DNA of 64,000 nucleotides, from the NCBI GenBank assembly GCA_965178125.1, contig OZ237747.1, positions 1,054,001 to 1,118,000 of the forward strand, given 5' to 3'. This DNA is from Bilabrum cf. latius (Eukaryota). The notes beneath the pieces are model-generated. The model did not search any database, had not been told where the DNA came from, and was given only the letters and a program-made list of their open reading frames with translations. Position 1 is the stretch's first letter; the number at the start of each line of letters is the position of its first letter. Both the position numbers and the translations under genes were made by a program. Below, piece after piece: positions 12,601 to 23,381 of this stretch.

Positions 12601-14210
12601 GGGCACCCAAGACACACAACAGCTCACTGGCAGCATCAGCTCATGACCTGCCCGCGTCGCCCCAGCAACGGCGCAGTGCAGTGCATCCGTCCAGCATGCT
12701 TGCCGTCGGTGGTAGCTAGGGCGACACGAGCAGTCGAAGCCCAATGAGACAGACCGGCCAGAGCCCGCTGTCTGCCTATCTGAACAGGGTGTTTGGAGAT
12801 GGGCCCGTGCCAAAGGGCAGAGAAAGCTCGCCTCGCGGTGTTGACGATGCAGGCAACTTAGGGCAAGAATAGTCTGGCACGTCGAGCACCTCCACCAGCG
12901 GTGACTGGGGCCGGCAGGAGGCACGAGGTGCAGTCAACGACAGTGCACCGAGGAATCCCGATGCCAGGTCTGCTGCACATGCTCCTGCTGGTGCTGATGC
13001 TCCTGCTGCTGGTGTCAACCTTCAGGGCAGCACTGCCGTTGAGCGAGCCATGGCCTCCATGCAGCAAGAGCTGCAGCTTCGGAGGCAAAGGCTGGCCATG
13101 AGCAGGACTGCCAGGACTGCGGGGAATCAACACTCTCCGGCCCGATCGTCGCTATGCACCGAAAGCAAGCACGAATTATCGCGCGATGGCGTTGATGTCG
13201 ATGCTGGCAATATGGATAGCCAAGGCAGCGAAGGCGACGCGGCATCAACCACAGGCGGGGGGTAGGTCGTGCACGAGACGAGCATTTTCAGGAAGGCGGC
13301 AGCGGAGGCCGTGCGGTAGCTCAGGGCAGGTACCAGGCCCAGGGAACAATCCTCCGTGGTGCAGGACGAGTGGGGCGTGCGGAGCTCCTGGTTGGAGGAG
13401 TCTCGCGCGTCTGCTGCCTCCGGCGGTGCTCGCTCGCGAGGAGCAAGTGCTCCGTCCCCGTCTGCTCCCTCCTCCATTGGACTACCCAGCGCCCCCTGCA
13501 GCAGGCAGACATCCCCACAGAGGACTGGGGGAAGCAAGGAGCCGAAATGCAGCTCTGGCATCCAGCAGGCTCCCGGGCCGAGTGCTCCAGCTCAGAATAA
13601 TCAGGATGGCCCACCAGGACAGAAGCGGCCATGTGCATGGTAGGACGCCTCCGATTCGTCCAGTGAGGATGGAAACAATCCAACTGCAGAAGGGAATAAA
13701 ATCAGGAGCTCATCTCGCCCTCGTGCCGAGGATGGATGGAGACACACGTATGGTGTTCCGCCGTCCCGTCCTCTCTTGCGCGAGAGCACACGAGAGGGCG
13801 AGCACAACTTGGAGCTAGGCGATGCCGTGGCGAAATTGCTGGCATGGGAGCGCGAACAAGAAGCGCCGCGTCGAGCTGCCACGTCGGCGAAAGGGTATCG
13901 CAGCGCCATGCCTGGGGGTCCTGGTGCGGCGAGCATCGGAATGCTCGGCGCGGAGCAGTTGCCCGTGCTCCGCGTTCGCAGCCGGCAGACTAGCCCTGCT
14001 GGCTCTGTTACCGGGACCAGCGAGGCAAGTATCTTTAAGCGTGGTTCTGCAGGAGCGCAGAAGCTTGCATCGCATTGCGATCAATCGGCGATCTCCGTGG
14101 AAAGGGGGGACGAGGTTGACGACTTGCAGGCGATCAGCTCGCTGTTGAATGACAGAGCCGTGTGCGATGCGGTCGGAGCTGATCGGATGTGGCTGGATGG
14201 TAGCAGTTGA
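9693..14210 (+). CDS. Large low-complexity (S/A/G/R/P-rich), probably disordered protein of unknown function; 1505 aa, 20 in-frame TAG
   Basis: Track ORFs starting at 9693, 9918, 10755, 11565, 12033, 13050, 13356 and 13776 are all in one frame. Reading the gaps by eye shows only TAG (20 counted) and no TAA/TGA until TGA 14208-14210. Confidence 0.75.
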
Positions 14211-14691
14211 TGGGTTTGTGCGATTGTTGTGTTGTTGGTAGCACTCATTGAAGGCTAGTCGTGGGCAGGCTCCCGGTCATGGGGTGGTCAGGGACTATAC
14301 CATTTTCTGCACGTTACCAATAGCAGTCGCGCGCCGGCAGGGGACCCTGATGTGGGACTGGACCGCGCTTTGTGCCGGGCACATGCTCCGCACCTGTATG
14401 CTTTCTCCCTGTGAAGGCATCAGGCTGAGGGCTTGTGGGGGACCACATTGATGGCGAATAAAGGGGACTCGGCGGTGTAGGCTGAGATTGGGGGGCCTTT
14501 GGCCTGAAAGGGTCGGGGGTCTTGTAGTCCTTGTTTGAGGACTCCTCTGGATTCAGGTGATCACTCGAACTCCTTCGGGGGCAACGGTGCATCTGGGTGC
14601 TTGTGGAATCTTTACCCAACAATGTATTTCTGTATTTCTGTATTTCTGCGCCTCGCTAATCCGTATCCACCCTCATATCAACTCAAATAGC

Positions 14692-17600
14692 ATGGCTGCG
14701 GTAGCAGGTGCTGGCACGCAGAAAGCAGAAGAAGTGTTTGCCAATGTAGAGGTGGAAGAAGGTGAGCTGATCGCAAATTTTGTGCTTGGAGTCCGGTTGG
14801 GATGCCTCAGGAATGAGCCTCGGAACTACCTGTTGTTCTCGCTGATTGTGTCTTGGAGTGCATGTTTACATTAGACCTTGTCATATTTATGTGACAGATC
14901 TCTTATTGGAAGGTAATTTAGCGGGGATTTGTTGCTGGGCTGCCGATTGGCTTCGTGCAGACAAGTGGCAGGGCGCCAGAACAGTGTCGCCCACTGGGTC
15001 CAAATCATTGTGAACTGGCCAAGTAGTCAGACCAGCTGAAATGAAGACTGTGTTTGAAAAAGTATGGCATAGTGACACTCGGATGTTGCTATAGTTGAGT
15101 GGAATCGTTGCCAGCTGCTACCCTTTGGGGTGGATCCTTGGTTTGCCGGTCATTTAATGTAAGACCACAAAAGATGTTACCCTATTGTAACAAATTTTGC
15201 ATTGTGTATATATCCAATTGACTTGTTGCAGGCACCAAGATCTGGCGGGTGAACAAGTTCGAGCTGGAGGAGATCCCGGAGGCTGATCACGGCTCATTCT
15301 ACGAGGGCGACTCGTATATCGTGCTTCACATGCACCCTGGCCCCGGTGGCGACTCGTCACCGGACAAACTTGAGATGGATATTCATTTCTGGCTGGGGAA
15401 GGAGTCCTCCTAGGACGAGTAGGGCGCTGCGGCGCTCCTCTCGGTCGCCCTGGATCAGGCGTTCGGCGACCGTCCCGTGCAGCACCGCGAGGTGCACGGG
15501 GAAGAATCCCCGGAATTCTAGTCCATTTTTCGCAAGAACGGAGGTCTAATGTACCTGTCCGGCGGCGTGGACAGCGGGTTCTCTCACGTGGATCCGGACG
15601 CCGAGATGAAGGCTCTTTCCGAATCTCCCCGCCTATTCCACGTCAAGGGATCCAAGAATCCCACGGCCGAAGAAGTGGAAGCCAAAGCCACCAGTCTCAA
15701 TGAGGGAGATTGTTTCGTTCTGGACGCGGGCAACGAGCTGTTCCTGTGGTCAGGAAGCAGCTGCAACCGCAAGGAGAAGGCCACCGCCACCAAGCTCATG
15801 TTCCGCTTGTACGACGCGCGCGGCGCCGCGCCGGAGCGGGTGCTGATGAACGAGGAACCCGAGCACGAGGGCTTCTGGGGCCGCCTCGGCGGCGACGCCT
15901 CCGACGTGCAGCCCGCCTCCGCAGCGGGTTCGGACAAGGCCGCCGACGCCGCCACGGAGCTGTACCGCGTGACCGAGGCCGGGGACGACGAGGGCGAGGG
16001 CTTCGCCGCGGACAAGGTGGAGGGCTCGGGCGTGGAAGGGGCGCCTACCAAGGAGGACCTCGAGAAGGACGGGGTGTACGTGCTGGTCGCAGGGAACAAA
16101 GTCTTCGTGTGGTTCGGCCAGAAGAGCGAGCGTGCGCTGCGGAAGCAGTACGTGCAGGTCGGCGAGAGGCTGCTTGCATCTATCGGCCGCGGGGACGACA
16201 CCAGGAGCGTGGGCATTTCCCAGGTCAAGCAGCACATGGAGAGCGCGGTCTTCAAGGGGTATTTTGTTCCCTGGGAGAAGCCCCGCCTGTTCGACTACAC
16301 GTCGGCGCCCGCGTCTGGAGCTGGGGCCGACGAGGAGGAGGAGGCGGACGCCAAGGAGCTCCTGGCGCAGGCCGCCAAGCGCGCCGAGAGGTCCAAGGCC
16401 GCTGCACGGGGCGGCGACTTCGAGGTGGAGAGTCTCGAGGTGCTGCGTGTGAAGGGCACGGAGAAGGAGGAGGTGCCCGAGGAACAGATCGGGGAGTTCT
16501 ACTCCGGAGACTCGTACATCGTCAAGGCGAAAGGGGCGGGTGGCCGCGGCCGGCTGTACTTCTGGCTGGGCCAGGATTCGGAGCAGATCGAGCAGGGTGC
16601 TGCCGCCCGCATGTCCGTTGACGAGGCGGCTTCCATGGGCTCCGGGACCCCCCAGATCAGGCTGCTTTAGGGGAAGGAGCCCCCGCATTTCTGCGCGCTG
16701 TTCGGCGCCAAGATGGTCGTGCACGAAGGAGGGCACGCGGACGAGCCCGAGGCCCCCACGGCGGAGAAGCCCCACCTGTACCACGTCAAGGGCCAGGAGC
16801 CCTCCACCTCAAAGGCGGTGCAGGTAGAGGCGAAGGCTGCCAACCTCAACTCCGGGGATGCCTTCGTGCTTGTGGGGCCCGAGTCTGTGACGGTGTGGTG
16901 CGGCAGCAAGTGCTCCGAGGAGGAAACCGAGGTTGCAACCGCTGTGGCGCAGCGGCTGGGGAACAAGCTCGAGGTGGAGGGCCTCGAGGTCGAGTCGGTG
17001 GCCGAGGGAGAGGAGCCCGACGCCTTCTGGGAGTCGCTCGGCGGAAAGGAGGAGTACACCACGGAGGTGCCTGACGAGGAGGCAGGCCAGCCCCCGCGCA
17101 TGCTGCACGTGAGCACCAACACGGGCAAGCTGAGGGTGGAGGAAGTGCCTCAGTATTCGCAGGAGGACCTGGAGGCTGACGACGTCATGCTGCTGGACGC
17201 GTGGTCCCAGGTGTTCGTGTGGGTGGGTCCCAGCGCCGACGAGGAGGAGAAAGAGGGTGCCCTCAAGATCGTGGACGATTACGTCGCCGCGAGCGGGACC
17301 GACAGGACTGGCGTACCGACGGTGGTGGAGCACGCCGGCAGCGAGAGTGCCATGTTCAAGGCCCTGTTCCACGCGTGGGAGGACAAGGCTGAGGAAGCCT
17401 TCGTGGATCCATACGAGGCGAGACTGGCCGCGATGCGGGAGGAGAAGGAGGCCAAGAGGGCGGCGCTGGAGGCGGAGGAAGAGGCCGAGCAGGCGGCTGC
17501 GGCTGCCGCGGCGGCCAGGGAAGAGGCGGAGGCAGCCGCTGCCGCTGCGGAAGCGGCAGATGACGACGACCGAGAGGCAGCCGAGGCCGCCGCGGCGGAA

Positions 17601-17969
17601 GCAGCCGCTGCTGCAGACACCGCCGCCGCTGCTTCGGAGCAGGCTCAGGCAGCCGTGGTGGAGGCCCACGAGCAGTTTGACAAGGAAACCAAGGAGCGGC
17701 TGGCCAAGGCCCAGGCCGAGAAGGAGGCGCTCATCGCCAGCATGAGCGGCAAGAAGGCCGCTGCCGTGCAGCCCGGGGATGCAACCTACTCGGTGGATGA
17801 GCTTAAGGAGGCCAAGGCCGGCGGCGACCTGGACATCGAGTTCTCGCGGAAGGAGGAGTACCTCTCAGATGCGGATTTCGCCGAGGTGTTCGGGATGTCG
17901 AGGGAGGAGTTCGCCGACAAAAAGCCGTGGAAGCAGGCACAGCTCAAGCGAAGCCTCGGTCTGTTCTGA
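14692..17969 (+). CDS. Villin/gelsolin-family actin-binding protein with C-terminal headpiece; exons 14692-14761 and 15232-17969; ~935 aa, 4 in-frame TAG
   Basis: Phase-1 intron 14762 (gtgagc) to 15231 (ttgcag). IWRVNKFEL...[10 protein letters not shown]...[16 protein letters not shown]...[11 protein letters not shown], further gelsolin repeats, IRLL*GKEPPHF, and headpiece [21 protein letters not shown]...[19 protein letters not shown] at 15411, 15420, 15519 and 16668. Confidence 0.93.
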
Positions 17970-18519
17970 GGAGTCTTTTGTGTATGGAACGTGGGGATCA
18001 ATCATCGTATATCAATCACATTGTTCTAGTAGGTTCTGGCCAGTTTGGCTCCATCTGTTCTTGGCATACATAAGAATAGCCGGCGCCGTGAAAGGTCGGA
18101 TTTGGCCGACCGACCGGTATCGCCGATATCGGTACCTTCAATTTACCTTACCGATTCTCGCGTACCATTCAAGTAATCCTAAAATAATATCAAGATATTG
18201 AAAATTGTATAAGTTAACTATCGACTGCGAGTGATACTCATTGATAAACTTGCGACAATAGTATACTTGGTGGTCATGAAACCAAACGCTCGATTTTCAG
18301 GAAGGGCTACTTTGATACTGCAGAAGTTTGTCCAAGCAGGCATGCTTGCAAAATAAACAAGCTTTTTTGAATTAATCGGTGGTTATATTATATATAAGTC
18401 TTAGCGCAAAAAAGTTACCGAACGGTTTACAAGATATTGAATCGAATGTGGACCTGCCATGAATTACGTGCTTCGTGACCCGATTCTTGTGCATCCATCT
18501 ACTTGGCATTTATATCAAC

Positions 18520-21050
18520 TTAATCTACATCACAGCCAAATCCTGTTTCCAGATGATACAGAGATTCTTTACAATCCCCACAAATGAACTTGCAGCAGCG
18601 TGAACACACTTTATAGGAAGAAACCGACTAATGATGCTGCCGCTTGCTGCATCTGGAGCCCTTGCACTTGGCGCTGCACCCCCCTCGACGGCTCTTTGAT
18701 CGTCCGTTACTGAGAAAATTAATCAGTCCTGCTTGTAACTACTCCTTTCCAATCAAATGGAGCGAGCCCAGCAGCGTAGCTACCACGTGCTGCTTTCTAC
18801 ATCCAAGGTTCCCGGGGGTCGCCTCCGCACGCATCCCAGCTGAGGTTGCAGCACCGCGAGTTCCTGCACGTGCATGTCGGTAAGGACGCATCAATTCGTC
18901 ATACAACAGCTGCACAAACATACCACGAGCCTGTCGATGCCGCACCATGTGCTAAACCTGTTCCTGAACGGATTTGCTGCTAGCTCCAGCAGCTTGCCGA
19001 CGAGTGGGTCCGTGGCGTAGCAGTCGACGTGCCTCCAAGTTGACCCAGATGATGTACGTATTGACGATAACTTGCTCCATTAAACCTTCCCACACTCTTA
19101 AGTATGCCCTAGTCTCTCCCTGGAATGAATTTTTTTTAGCGAAAGTTGCGTCCGGAACTTGTCAGCTAGATCCACACCCCCCATGTACTTGTTGTAGAGG
19201 ACGGACACGAGGGGCGCGTTCACCACACTCAGGTCGCCACCATCTCTCCGTAGCGTCTTTACCAAGCAAACAAAGTACTTCGTAGGAATGTTAGAAGCCA
19301 TAAGAAATGGTGCGCGGTCACAGTATCCAAAAACTTGCATCCCATAAGCTGAATCATCTGGCGAGTCAAAGGCTACTGTCTGGCCAGGGCTCAACAGGCC
19401 CCGACTGCCAAGGTCCTCTTCGGCCAGCAGCGATCCCGCAGGAAGCTCACTCGCATCAAAAACATCACCAGCTGTTACATTACATAAAGATACTTTGCTG
19501 GACCCAAGAAGAGCGCGCTTCACAGCCTGCCCGCGTTCGCCTGGGGTTCGTCTGTTCAGCTAGCCAATCGCGTGGTACAGCTCACCGCTCACTTTGCCTT
19601 GGCGAAGCGTGCCAACAACCCGAAGGCCTTTGCTGGTGGCCCAATCACACAGTGGAGCCGATGTAAAGTAGTTATCCACCGCTAGGAGGCCCCCGTTCAA
19701 GTTTTTGCCCATTGCCTTCGACGCAACAGCTGCTGTTTGCAGGTCCATCCGGGTCAGCTACCCGGCAGCGGTGCCGCTGCCGGTTGCTACCTTATACGAG
19801 TACTCAGCCTTCCCTCTGTACTATCGTGTATCATCGGCAACAGATGTTGCTAGATCCAAATGGTACACATACCCGTCTTTTCGTGCAGCTGCCCATAGCT
19901 TAAAGCCATGCGATGTGGGCTTGTTCGGCATGATGACACATGCCCGATTTCGGCCGTACGCCATCACCATCATCTCATCGACGGCGATGCTCTTTGGGCT
20001 CAAAGTAGCCGCACGAAAGTACTCTGAAACTGCATCTAGCATGCCTGGTGGATATTCTATGAGTACCCGCTCGCGAGGACTGCCCACACTCCCTAGCCTC
20101 ATTGTGGCGCGCTCCTCCGCCAGCAGGGGTGCCGGAGCCTCCTGCAACCTCCCGGCGAAAGACAAGTTTCGATGGAACCGATTCCAGTCTTGCACTACGA
20201 TATCGTCTTTCATGCGCACCAGGAACTACTTTGATTGCAGCAATTCTAAAGGTATCCGGGGTCGAATGAGAGACCGAGTCAATACCACGGCCAGGAACAT
20301 CATGGCAACTGGCATGTCCATTGGTTGGTCGCTGCCGGCTGGCCGGCTGCCTGGCCAGCTACCTCTGCCGCTGCAGTGCCTCGCCACGAAAATGCAATAT
20401 CGAGAGGCACCAGCGAGCACAGAATGCGTATTGGAGATATTGGTTGTTCATGATGAGCCGTCATCCAGCCTTTGACATACTCAGTAGCAGCCACATGAGT
20501 AGCCGCTGTGCGAGCGATCGGGAATCGATTCGGGATCCCATCACCGCCAATCACAACCCGGTCATTCAAGAAGTACCAATATTCAGGCTCATCAACCAAC
20601 GATGCAATTTTGTCCATAGGAAACATACTTTCATATTGCTCTATTCTGCGCCGCTTTGCTTGGTGAGCCTACTGCCTCCTACGATGCTGCACCGGAGGCC
20701 GGCTCAAAGTTGCAGACCGACTGGATACCGGCTCGTCCTCGTCTGAATCGCCGACATAGTCCATATCATCATCGCTGGCCTATGCTTCGCCCAACAAATC
20801 ACGTAAATCATCATCTTTTGTCGATTTATTTGCATTGTCCTCTTGCCGTTTACGCTTGGACCCAGCGCGTCGGCTCGAACTGGCCGCATGGGACGGGCTG
20901 CTTCTTGACTACTTGCTAGCAACCGAAACGCTAGATATAGGTTTACAAGACTCCAATGAGAATTTTGGGATTGACTGAGATGCTTCTGCGAAGGCTAAGC
21001 ACAAATAAGCGATGAAGGCTGATATCAGTGGCCTTGCAGCAACACCGTGC
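18520..21050 (-). mobile_element. piggyBac-superfamily (PGBD-like) DDD transposase gene, probably degenerate (two frameshifts); element ends not identified
   Basis: Acidic N-terminus, IAVDEMMV...IMPNKPTSHGFKLW, LAVDNYFTS...VVGTLR, YNKYMGGVDLAD, VWEGLMEQVIVNTYII, and a Cys-rich C-terminal domain (CSAKC...CSRCCKFICGDC...H) ending at TAA 18522-18520. Frameshifts near 20390 and at an A8 run near 19130-19137. About ten in-frame TAGs. The 5' end is uncertain, with a possible upstream exon near 21300-21480. Confidence 0.8.
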
Positions 21051-23381
21051 ATGGCCAATTCTGCACAGGACGCAAGCCCGATTGTGGCCCTATTATACCT
21101 CTGTATAAATATTTAAGCTCGTCCACATCACCATGGAATGATTATTCAACCAACACCTCGTCAAGCATACCACGGATGCATGGATACTGTCAATGAGTGC
21201 CACATTCGTGGCTTCCGGTGCCTCTGCGGCAGATTGTACGGTACCCCGAAAATAGCCGGCTACAGCCCATGCAATTCCATCAACCATAACAATACCGTAC
21301 TCACTTTGATCGATGAGCCTGAGTTTGGCGGATTTCTGCTCGTGACGCCGAGACGAGGCACTCCCACCAGGGGCACTTGCACCCCGAGACCCAACTTCGG
21401 ACGCGCCGCTGGAGCCACTTTATCGCGTCCCACTCGTTCTTCTCGCAAACTTAGACGGAATCCTCCACACGATATTGCATTCAATACCCTTGTATCTCAA
21501 CAGTAGTGCCAGTGTGTCAAAAGTCTATTGCGCTAAGGTATAAATGCCCTGCAAATTTTGGAACCGTTTGAACCGACGTGTGTTGGAATGGCAGCCAAAT
21601 TTCGCTGGATTGCTAATGAATGAGCCTGGCAACCTGATAACATGTTGTCAAGTATGTTTTTAACTACTAAGTACCAACAAAAACCAAAGAAAAGCTTTTT
21701 TGGCGGCACACGGTGCGTGCATCTGGCACCCCTCGCCAGCGAGTAAAATCTTGGGCTGGGGGTGGTCGCCAAAAATGGTGGTCGCAAGCACGACTCGTTT
21801 TCAGTCTAATGCTGCGAATTGCATGGCTCCGTTGGGACTGCATTACATTTAAATGTTACATTAGATATTTTTGCAATGTAAATTTACCCAAGAAATTGGT
21901 CCAGTTCTCAGCAATGGGAGCCTAAAGGCACGATGGTCGCGATTTTGGGACTCGGAATGCCAATAATGGCGGACCTTTCACGGCGCCGGATAGGAGGATC
22001 CGGGATCGTTTGGTGCGCACGGCAGCTTCGCCACTTCTGCGACCACTTGCGACCTAATTCGGAGCCAATGCAGCGGAGTCCCCACTTTCGAAGATATCAC
22101 GCTACAGTACTTAGCCACCACGCTCAACTATCAGCCCACGTGCGGTTGTCTGCTGCAGCCCGCGACTCTACTGATCTTGTGCACCGGCGAGCAGGGCTTG
22201 GCCTGGACTCTGGAGCAAGTGCCAAGGGGGTAGTTGTGGGATCCAAGCTATCCAGGTGCACTTCGATAGTTTCCCAAGAGATTGGTATTGTGTCATTCGT
22301 CTAGGCGTGGGCAGGCTTCCTCGGCATAATTCTAGGCCTATATTTGTGCGTGCGGGGCTTGCGCCTCCAAGGCTGAGGTCGCGCGCTGGACAGCGCTCGG
22401 GCGAGTCGAAAAGTCATGTGGCGTGAGCTTGTTCTCCAAGGTGTATGTTCGGTATTAATTAGCCTGTATTCTGGACGTGAATGTCCAAATCAGCGCGGAT
22501 CCGGAATCCGGACCCATAGACTCGGAGTCTGATAGATCTAGGCCTTTTGAGTGTCTTGACACAAAAAAGGCTGAAATGAAATCAAGTGTAGACAGTACTA
22601 CCCGGATGCATACAACAGAAGCAAGTAAGTTGATTGTTTGCTAATTTTTGAATGGCATACTGCGTACGAGACGATCAGGCACCATCGATTTTATCGTCCT
22701 GCTGTGACCACAGGACCTTCCGAACGGAAACCTAGACTATTTGCAGCGCATAGTGTAGAATCTTATTGCAAAAGATTCTCTTTTCAATACTGCAGAGAAG
22801 TGGCGGGGCCTCGTCAGCCATCGAACAACTGCGTCACAACGCGGGAATCCTCTTGTTCGAGAACCACGTGACCAATTCGGCAGTTCTCGAGTTCGTGACT
22901 CCGTGCCATCCAGGCGTAGGCCTATTGAGTAGGCTGCACATGAACCTAGCCCACCTCCTTGTAAGACAATTTTTGTTGTTTTGACCGATGCAGACGCCAA
23001 GAATTTGTCCATGTGTGCCAGAGTAGCACATGGTGTGCCAATTTAGCCACTGGCCATAGCAGGCTGCAAATCAACGCCTTCACAGTACAGTTCCAGGGCG
23101 ATCGATCTTGTATGGCTCACTTCATCGGCATTTGTTCTTTTTTAGGATATTAGTTAGAGGAACTGGCTCGCAGATACCTCCCGGGATGTGAGTGAACAAA
23201 GGTCAATCGGGCGAGCACCGGCTACCAGGTGTGAGAGAGTATCCGAAGCTAGGCATCTTAAGAGAGAAGCTAAACTGATTCAGCTTTAATATGGAAGTCG
23301 CTAACTAGTTGGTGTGCGTTCGCAGTATGTAGCAAAGGAGAAGCGGAAATAAAGCGTGCGACCTTCGCTGGTAGCGGTGGC

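Noticed and set aside
3064-17669. Long antisense and alternative-frame ORFs in the track (e.g. 3678-4496, 6102-6908, 15750-16784, 16809-17669)
   Set aside because: These are shadow ORFs of GC3-rich real genes, with no motifs.
18214-21810. Terminal inverted repeats of the piggyBac element (TTAA at ~18215; patchy gactg/cgagt/cttgcgac similarity with the reverse complement of ~21780-21806)
   Set aside because: Similarity is short and gapped, with no matching TTAA on the right. It is not supportable by eye.
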